Part shown: positions 54,684 to 64,000 of the stretch, in pieces
Layout of the letters: each line of letters opens with the position of its first letter
Numbering within the stretch: position 1 is the stretch's first letter
Origin: Octopus sinensis
Taxonomy: Eukaryota
Assembly (NCBI RefSeq): GCF_006345805.1
Contig: NC_042998.1
Coordinates: forward strand, 29,636,001 to 29,700,000
DNA length: 64,000 bases
Direction of reading: 5' to 3'
Position numbers and translations under genes: made by a program
The notes under the pieces: model-generated
The model's database searches: none
Seen by the model: the letters and a program-made list of their open reading frames with translations, nothing else
Told to the model about the DNA's origin: nothing

Positions 54684-56876
54684 ACTGAGTGGAAAACAGA
54701 AATTGGAGAGAAAACGAAAAATATAAACGGAAAGATAAAAACAAAAAAATCATTGTTTAATATCCAAGGACATACGTTCCTTATCGATTTCTTATTGTCT
54801 TATATACATTGAAGACTGGAAGTTTAATCAGTAGAATATATTTAACCTACATTGCAGTTTGTAGTTTCTCATTTTGGGAAAGAGAATGGAAATAAATACT
54901 GACGAGGTGGGAAACCTGACTAGCATTCCGATTCTAAAACCATGACCTATTGTAATACTAGTCCATACATTTAAATTCATTTTTGTAGAAGTTGCTTCAA
55001 GTTAATTTAAATATTTGCTGCAAGGCATAATATCCATATAATTAATGCCGCATAACCTATCTCTCTCGCTTTTGATGTTTGTATATTTCGGAATTCCTTG
55101 TCAAAGTTTTCCAGTCTAATTAAGAAAATATGCATGAAGTACTCGAGCGACACGTTAGAGATTAGCGAATATAAATCTAAATCTTTTAGTTTCTGCTCCG
55201 CTTTGAAATACATCGAAGTTTAAATACCAGCGGTGCGTCGTTTCCTTAAGCAAGACTCTTTATTTCATGTTGCTCTAGTTCACTCAGCTGGCAAAAAATG
55301 ATTTGTACCAGTAATTCAAAAGGGGCTTAGCCTTGTCACATTCTGTGTCACGCTGAATCACTCTGAGAACTACGTTAAGGGGTGTGCGTGACTGTGGAGT
55401 ACTCGGCCACTGGCACATTAATCTCACGACTAGGCTGTTCCTTTGATGTAATCGACTGTAGAACTCGTCGTCGTAACCGACGGAGTGTCGTTTACATTCT
55501 GTTAATCTCTGAATATTTTATTTTATTCCAGAAAATGTAGACTACACAATAATTTTGGCAAGGCCTTGATTACTTCGAACTTCCACTTGCAAATTATTTT
55601 CTACGCTGGCTCCATTTTTCCCGACTATATTTGAATATTAGAATCATTGAAAGTTTCGATATTGTTATATTGCAATACTTAACAAGGAATTACAAATATA
55701 AACTTGTTTGTTTTATTGATGCGGCTAACATATTTAATGATCCTAGTCGTTGAGACTATATCGGATTAGAAAGTCATTCTGTAGCTTGGCATAAATGATA
55801 CGCTCGACAACAACGTTTCATAGTGTGTGTTTATGTATGTGTTTGTGTATATGTGAGTGAGTCTGTGTGTGTGTATGCGTGTGTATGTTAGTACTTATCG
55901 GGTAGTATGATATATAACAATAAATACTATTTATTATCATTATTATATTAAGACAGCACTAGATGGACCTATGACAAATTCACGGAAAACATTAAAAATG
56001 TAAGCATCTGTACACAGTGTACTGGTGCCATGAGAAATGTTTGAATATTATGACCGTCTGTCTTTACATTCTGAGTTCGAATTCTGCTGAAGTCGACTTT
56101 GCCTTTTGCCCTTTGGGGATCTATAAATTAAGTACCTATTTCTTTATTACCCACAAGGGGCTAAACATAGAGGGGACAAACAAGGACAGACATAGGTATT
56201 ATGTCGATTACATCGACCCCAGTGTGTAACTGGTACTTAATTTATCGACCCCGAAAGGATGAAAGGCAAAGTCGACCTCGGCGGAATTTGAACTCACAAC
56301 GTAACGGCAGACGAAGTACCGCAAAGCATTTCGCCCGGTGTGCTAACGCTTCTGCTAGCTCGCCGCCTTATAAATTAAGTACCTGTTGTGTACTGGGGTC
56401 GATCTAATCAACTGGCTCCCTCCCCACAAAAATTTCAGGCCTAGAAAAGTATATTGTGACAGTTACAGAATATAGAAAGAAATGTAACACCAATGACTAT
56501 ATAATCCAACCAAAATATCTCAGTTACACAAACATAAACGGAATTACTATTTAACCTTAAAATACATCGGACATATTCAAAGAACCTTCCTGGTTTAGTG
56601 GTACGGAATTTTCTTCTGGCATTCTTTTATTCTTTTGCTTGTTTCAGTCATTTGACAGCGGCCATGCTAGAGCACCGCCCTTTAGTCGAAGAAATTGACC
56701 CTTGGACTTTATTACCTGTAAGCCTGTTGCTTATTCTATCAGTCTCTTCTGCTGAACAGCTAAATTACAGAGACGCAAACGCACCAACATCGGTGTGAAG
56801 CAATGGTGGTGGTGGGACAAACGCAGACACACAATCAAACACACCTCGCACACCACACACACACACACACATACAC

Positions 56877-56909
<33 letters not shown>

Positions 56910-56934
56910 CATACATACATACATACATACATAA

Positions 56935-57313
56935 GTGGAGGCGCAATGGCCCAGTGGTTAGGGCAGCGGACTCACGGTCATAGGATCGCGGTTTCGATTC
57001 CCAGACCGGGCGTTGTGAGTGTTTATTGAGCGAAAACACCTAAAGCTCCACGAGGCTCCGGCAGGGGATGGTGGTGATCCCTGCTTTACTCTTTCACCAC
57101 AACTTTCTCTCACTCTTACTTCCTGTTTCTGTTGTACTTGTATTTCAAAGGGCCGGCCTTGTCACTCTCTGTGTCACGCTGAATATCCCCGAGAACTATG
57201 TTAAGGGTACACGTGTCTGTGGAGTGCTCAGCCACTTACACGTTAATTTCACGAGCAGGCTGTTCCGTTGATTCGGATCAACCGGAACCCTCGTCGTCGT
57301 AACCGACGGAGTG
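56935..57313 (+). mobile_element. tRNA(Arg)-like SINE (representative copy)
   Basis: GTGGAGGCGCAATGGCCCAGTGGTTAGGGCAGCGGACTC...GTTTCGATTCC head. Relatives at 9505-9793, 20315-20600, 22693-23000, 31200-31498, 33058-33376, 54195-54420, 55230-55488. Confidence 0.8.
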
Positions 57314-57454
57314 CTTCTTCTTCTTCTTCTTATACATACATACATACATACATACATACATACATACATACATACATACTTAAAAGAAAGAAGGGTAAAA
57401 ATACTGCTTTTGGCCAGCGGTATTTTTACGCTTCTTTTATTCAAATATTTAATA

Positions 57455-57800
57455 GTAGCAGTATCGCCCGGTGTTGCTCGGGTTTGATTCGACCCTTTAC
57501 AATTGGAATGTTTGAAAAGTAAAAATTTTGCTTTATTTAGCTTGTTATTCTCTTTAAGTGAACATTTTTCTGGTTGAAATACACCGAAAATTGGCGACAC
57601 GGCAGTCAAAAAATCGTAAAAAAACAGGGATTTTCATTGAAAAAAAAGCACCATTTTGGTGTAAATAATTTTTGGTGTTAACGTGGTCCGATTTGAATTT
57701 TTTCTTCTACGGAAGGAAGAGCAAGCCTTCTTCTATCATACTCTCAGGGTGTCGGAGAAGATAGCGTTAGTTGAAGGCTACCAAAGCTGTCATACACATA
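57455..57800 (-). mobile_element. Non-autonomous Helitron, partial
   Basis: Same family as 28141-28533, with a mutated terminal CTAG and an internal deletion. Confidence 0.75.
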
Positions 57801-58269
57801 TTAAGGTAGAAGTCTTGCTAACCGCCTCATTATTGCTGTTTTCAACAGTAGTAATGGTTTCATATAGTTGCTTTTTTACATGCATACATATATATATATA
57901 TATATGATGGGCTTAGAGGTAGTGGCGATGCTGGCTGGTGTGATTTTGTGGTTTGCTGGTATGCCAAGAGAGATCCAGCGCACAATCATATACACACAAA
58001 CATACACGTACATGCACACACATTCACAAACACATACCTAGAGAGTATTTCTTTATTCACCATAAGGTTGAGAAAAAGAGGAGACGATACGAGGACAGAC
58101 AAAACAAACATTGGGGTCAGGGTATGGAATGAAGCGAAACGTATGAATAAACAAACAAAATATATACAATTAAATGAGAATGAGTGATTAAGAAAAAATG
58201 AAGCGGAGGACGCGGTTGACCCCACAAACCACATACTCACACTGGAGACTTTGCTTTCTCCTTTTATAT

Positions 58270-58580
58270 ATTCTCGTTTAAACAGGTTCTTTCACTCGCA
58301 ACATACTTGCTATATACTTCCATCTTTTACGAAACACACTTTGCGACAGGCATTTCTTCTCCAGCCTTATTTTCCGTTTCATGTGGAAAACGTAAAAGTC
58401 GATTAGCTCGAGACTGGAGATAAACATGCCTGTTGCAATTCCTTTCACTCTCGTCTTCCATACTACTTCTTTCGCCATAGCAACTACCGAGAGAAAACAG
58501 GCTCGCTCCTCTCTATTCAGGGAGGTCGGCGGAACTATCTTAATTACAGAATCGCTCGGCAGTTGTACTCTTGTGCTTTA
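58270..58580 (-). mobile_element. Probable Tx1/L1-like LINE ORF2 C-terminus
   Basis: MAKEVVWKTR...RLEKKCLSQSVFRKRW matches the AK..IW..R...F..RW pattern of L1/Tx1 ORF2 ends. Confidence 0.55.
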
Positions 58581-60312
58581 GTTTTTTTTACACGCGCAAC
58601 AATTAAGAAAAAAAAATTTAGGGTTAGGGTTAGGGTTAGTTACAGGATGTTGTCTCAGTTTTAGACGCAGCAAATGATTTTAGCTCAAAAGAGAGCATAG
58701 GATTGGTTAAAATTCGAAAAATTAAACTACGTTAAACAAACAAATTACAATTTTCTCAAGAAAGCTAAGAGAAAAAAATGTTTTATTTTGACACATTCTA
58801 CCAGTATACGAAGTTTTAAAGTGGTTTAGTTAACTAGAAAGTGTCAGCCGTTCAAAAGGAAAAGACCCCTCTTCTCAAATGCGACAGCAGGTGTTCGTAG
58901 AGAGAGAGAGGCAGACAGACAGACAGTAAGTGTCAGATAGTCCACAACGAAGTTTTCACCTCTCTCTCACTCTCACTTTCTCACCCCCCTCTCTCTCTCT
59001 TCCTTCCTTTTGCTTTGCCACAGAACTGAATTGTTTCAGTTGGCTTCAAAAGTGAAATTGACATCCAATATTTGCTATCTCACTTTCTCTCTCTTTCACT
59101 TCCTTTGTGTCTCTCTTCTCTTCTCTCCCGCTTCTGATTTAACATATGAGTGAGAACACTTTGAGATATTTTTGGTATCTAACATATGTCAGATACTGCG
59201 AGCGCTGCTTCTGATTGGTCAATCCATGGTGATGACCCGAGGTCACGGTGACAGCGCTGCTTCTGATTGGTCAATTCATGGTGATGACCCGAGGTCACGG
59301 TGACGGCACTACTTTTGTCATTCATAAGTTTCAACTAAACGTGAAGAATTTAGTTATTGGGTTAATAAAATATGGTCGTTTATTTGTGTGTAATAAATAA
59401 AATACCAAACTCATTCCCTATGGATACCGTATTTATTACAACTCGTTTACAAGCCACTCGTTGTAATAAATACGGTATCCATAGGGAACTCGTTTGGTAT
59501 TCTCTATGTATCTACTTCTTTTGCGATGAACGCCGTCACCACTCATTGTCTCTTTCACGCTCTCTCTCTCTTTCTCTCTCACTTCCTCTCTGTCCTCCTC
59601 TCCCTCGCTTTACCACTACTTTGAAGTGTGACACAGATACGTACAAAAATAAAAAGTTAACGTAATTAATACTATCGATAAAGCGAGCTGGCAGAAACGT
59701 TAGCACGCCGGGCGAAATACTTAGCGGGTATTTCGTCTGCCGCTACGTTCTAACGACTTTGCCTTTCATCCTTTCGAGGTCGATAAATTAAGTACCAGTT
59801 ACGCACTGGGGTCGATATAATCGACTCAGTCTGTTTGTCTGTCCTTGTTTATCCCCTCTATGTTTAGCCCCTTGTGGGTAATAAAGAAACATATATTAAT
59901 ACAGCTTAAAGTGGCGTGCAGGCAAAATCGTTAGCACATCGGACAAAATACTCAGCGGTATTTCATACGTCTTTACGTTCCGAGTTCAAATTCAGGCGAC
60001 GTCGACTTTGCCTTCCATTCTTTCGGAATTCAACAAAAATAAGTACCAGTTGAATTGCCTCCCCTTCAAAGTTGCTGGCCTTGTGCCAAAATAAGGAAGA
60101 ATTTTACGAAAACTGCTTGCACTGCCGGGCGCCTCCTTTATTTTCTTGTCTAGAAATAACTAATATCTCGGCGACATCTAAAAAAGAAATGCCCCTCCAA
60201 CAGTGCTAAGAACATTCATGGTACCATGGAATATCCCGATTCTCTCAGCCCATACTGTAGCATAATTTTTCCTTCCATCGTCCATGAAGGCGCCTCATAA
60301 AACATAGTACAG

Positions 60313-61061
60313 CTGTTATTTCTAAATTCGGTCTGTGGTAAGGCAATTCGTTGCTAAACCCTTTATTGCTTAGTATTACTTAAATTTTCCTCGAATGAGG
60401 CTTTTACATGCCGAAGACTACTTGGTGTAATTGATAATTATTCCAAATTAATTAATTTCACCCTTCATTATTACGGATAACCATATTTTATCTCAGTAGA
60501 TGACCACAGCATCTTGTTTTGGCTACACACGGGTGGGAAGGGGCTGGTGACACAATTTTTTCATTCACACTTTGAATTTGGTGATACTAGTTGCGGATTC
60601 TAGCTCGCTCTGATACTGAGTTGAGTTGGTGCCTTCTAGTATCTCAAAATTCAATATATAATCATTTATGATTATAGTATTCTACGCTGAAGAGAAAAGA
60701 AGTTTGGGTAAGGTAGAATTATTTAATATTTAATTCTTATGCTTTCCTAAAAACTTGATTTCGAAACGTGCGTCCGTAGATAACTTAAAATTGTATGATA
60801 GATTGCCGTCAATTCATTCTCTCTTACCTGTTTGTGTCTGCCTTCCAATTGCTGTTTTTACTGAGATCTCCCATTTTAGTAGAAGAAATAGCTATAACTC
60901 TTTGACTGCTATTTCTAAATTCGGTCTGTGGTAAGGCAATTCGTTGCTAAACCCTTTATTGCTTAGTATTACTTAAATTTTCCTCGAATGAGGCTTTTAC
61001 ATGCCGAAGACTACTTGGTGTAATTGATAATTATTCCAAATTAATTAATTTCACCCTTCAT

Positions 61062-61064
<3 letters not shown>
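60313..61064 (+). mobile_element. Non-coding HHR-bearing element with 159-bp terminal direct repeats (non-autonomous PLE or retrozyme-like)
   Basis: 60313-60471 is repeated at 60906-61064 (period 593). The HHR lies between the repeats and the 3' end abuts (TA)n. No ORF. Confidence 0.8.
60681..60780 (+). ncRNA. Type I hammerhead ribozyme with canonical core and long stem II
   Basis: tctacg-CTGAAGA-gaaa...tttc-GAAA-CGTGCG-TC-cgtaga. Perfect 6-bp stem I. Stem II is extended (aagttt/aaactt, agaatta/taattct). GUC cut after 60774. Confidence 0.88.
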
Positions 61065-61112
<48 letters not shown>

Positions 61113-62238
61113 TGTGTGTGTGTGTGTGTGTGCGTGCGTGTGTGTGTTTATATATACATACATACATACATAAATACATACATACATACATACATAAATA
61201 CATACATACATACATACATACATACATGCATACATACATACATATATACATACATACATACATACATACATATATTTATATATATATATATATATATATG
61301 AATGTGTGTATCTGGGTTTGTGTGAGTTTACTTACGTATACATTTCATTATATATACATACACACACACACACACACAGAGAGTACATATATGGTATGAT
61401 TAGCATTCACATATGCCATATAAACATATACACACATATACACACATGCACAAACATTCGTTGCACAGCCTCACAAATGGGATGGAGTGATTTGAGAAAC
61501 TCCGAAGTATTATTAATCTCTTGTCATATTATTTACGAAGCTAACCAGCGATAGATTTAAGAAGATGGAGGACAGGATTTGTGGCATTCATTTTTGTTTT
61601 AAGTGAATTGATGGAGAAAATTTTGACAGCAGATCTGTAGACTTATCTCGCTTGAGACACATATTCACAAACTCGCAAACTGATACTTGTTCAGCCATTC
61701 GTATTCACATAAAGAGACTATACGGAACGGTTTCTCTGACTAACATTGTCTCCTTATGTGTTTGAAAATATGTGTGTGTGTATGTATGTATGTATGTATA
61801 TGTATGTATGTATGTATGTATGTAGTATGTATGTATGTATGTATGTATGTATGTAGGTGTGTATTTATGTATGTATGTATGTATGTATGCATGTATGTAT
61901 GCAAACACACACACGCCCAAACAATCTCTCAAACAGACAAATATATATATATATATATATATATACATACATATACACACACATATATATATATATATAT
62001 ATATGTATGTAGTATGTATGTATGTATGTAGTATGTATGTATGTATGTATGTATGTATGTATGTATGTATGTATGTATGTATGTATGTAGGTGTGTATTT
62101 ATGTATGTATGTATGTATGTATGCATGTATGTATGCAAACACACACACGCCCAAACAATCTCTCAAACAGACAAATATATATATATATATATATATATAC
62201 ATACATATACACACACACATATATATATATATATATAC

Positions 62239-62273
<35 letters not shown>

Positions 62274-62281
62274 TATATATG

Positions 62282-62313
<32 letters not shown>

Positions 62314-62357
62314 TATATGTATGTGTATTTATATATGTATGTATGTATGTATGTGTG

Positions 62358-62388
<31 letters not shown>

Positions 62389-62447
62389 GTGTATATATAT
62401 ATATATGTATGTATGTGTATATATATATATATGTATGTATGTATGTG

Positions 62448-62482
<35 letters not shown>

Positions 62483-62489
62483 GTGTATA

Positions 62490-62525
<36 letters not shown>

Positions 62526-62769
62526 TGTATATGTGTGTGTGTGTGTGTTTGTGTACATGTGTATGCCTGAATTTGTTTGTGAAAGCTTATGTTTTTCTTA
62601 TTTGCATATGATCACGTGTTTATTACCATAGATCTAGTCAAAAGAACAATACAACTAGAAATCTATAAATTAGATTTTATCTTTAGAGTTAAACAATTAA
62701 CATTTTCTCAGTTGGATGTATCATGAAATCACAGAGAGTAAGTAATGCGTAATATACAAGGTTACTAAC

Positions 62770-63607
62770 CTGTATGGATACGTAAGTGAATCTTAAGTTG
62801 TGCCGGACTTGATTTGAATTTATTACAGTACGGACATTTATTTATCCTTCTCTGATACTGTCTGCCATTTTCCTGCAGATCTGTTTTCATTTCGTGTGTA
62901 GATCCGCCCATTTGTTTTACATACAAATTCATCATTTGAAGGAAGCCTCCTGAGCATTTCAGCATATCAATGGGAAAATTAAGGTTCGATACTGATTTTA
63001 TTTGAGATTGACCGTCTACAGATTGCTTTGAAAGAATATTGATTTGTCGAGGTTCGCTCGTTTCCCTTTTATCACGTGGATTGCAAGAATAAGCATTTTG
63101 AGAGACATCCACGCATTTTGACAATGCATCTATTTCTGAAAAGGGTTTTGTAAATGTTGGAATTGGATATTTTATATGGGGCAATGGCGAAAAACATTTT
63201 AAAGCCTCGTTGTTTGTGATGTAATTATTGAAATCTGTGTGGCGCGATGATATATCATAAAAGTTATTACTTCTGTCTAGTGGTAATTCATTGTGTAGTA
63301 TTTGGTCAGTGCCTTCTTGAAACTTATGTATGTTTGTTCTGTAAAAGGGTACATCCTCTTGGCCATATCTCTTGTATTCATATCGTTTAGGTGTTGTGTA
63401 AGAAACATCAGATATATCACTCGGTAACTGAACATGACATATAGTTTGTCCATTGAAAAAATTTCCATCTCGTGAAGTATCGCCATACTGGTGAATTTGT
63501 GGGGGTGAAGGAATTCCTGAACTGGTAGAGGAAAGATCTTGTTCTGAGTTATGTTGAAGAATAACAGGGCAAAACCTCCGTGGAAGAATGGTAGCATGTT
63601 CCATCAT
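62770..63607 (-). CDS. hkb: Huckebein-like C2H2 zinc-finger transcription factor, coding exon 1 (N-terminal region plus finger 1)
   Basis: 280-aa non-repetitive ORF starting ATG ATG, with an in-frame TAA shortly upstream. It ends in CPYCNKFKSSPAQLKIHLRIHT-G. Donor G|GTTAGT at 62770/62769 (phase 1) splits the TGERPF linker. The symbol comes from recalled similarity to Drosophila Huckebein fingers, not from a search. Confidence 0.85.
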
Positions 63608-64000
63608 AGTTATAATATCCGGATTATTTTTGTAACATATAGTAGTTTATTTTTACGTGGAATTTAGAAACAGTTATTTAAAAATCACTTGAGCAATAAA
63701 GTTTTTTTTTGTTAAATGACTCTAGCTGTATATTCACCAAATCTATTTTCCAAGTGTTTATTAAACACTAGATGTGAAATTTGATCCTGAAATGAAACAC
63801 GATTGCTTTTTTTTATTTATAGCGTGCACTTTGTAATATTGATATGAAATCATCGAGCATTTTATCTCGGGTCATAAATCATTTAAAAACAAATTAATGG
63901 CTATATTTCTTATCTCATAATTCAGGACTTTTCGAGATATACATGTTTTTGTCGACTATTTAAACAATCATTTAAACGTTGGTTCCTCTTTCAATAGTAA

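Noticed and set aside
61840-62240. ~234-bp duplication within microsatellites
   Set aside because: Likely slippage or an assembly artefact, with no functional signal.
63277-63597. Second ORF overlapping exon 1
   Set aside because: Alternative frame with no recognisable motif.

Overview
Repeat-rich, AT-rich eukaryotic DNA. The tRNA-derived SINE families and microsatellite load suggest an octopus/coleoid cephalopod; this is inference, not a search result. One host gene is supported: a minus-strand, three-coding-exon C2H2 zinc-finger gene (63607-62770, 40024-39870, 28925-28743; 391 aa; introns about 22.7 and 10.9 kb). Its fingers 1-3 resemble Huckebein and it has an extra fourth finger. The largest mobile element is a recent Penelope-like retroelement (RT plus C-terminal GIY-YIG, about 15698-20276) in a (TA)n tract, with a ~1.5 kb inverted arm and a minimal hammerhead ribozyme (HHR) in each arm. 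About a dozen HHR or HHR-like folds can be drawn by hand across the window. They include a canonical one inside a 593-bp terminally redundant non-coding element, a U3-A8 core variant masked by its own inverted copy in the gene's intron, and a small family with a shared A6-to-U change. The rest is decayed LINEs (R4/Dong-, CR1-, Tx1/L1-like), mariner/Tc1 remnants, non-autonomous Helitrons, MITEs, SINEs and microsatellites. Most ORFs in the supplied track are microsatellite or repeat artefacts. All folds and alignments were done by eye, and repeat boundaries are approximate.
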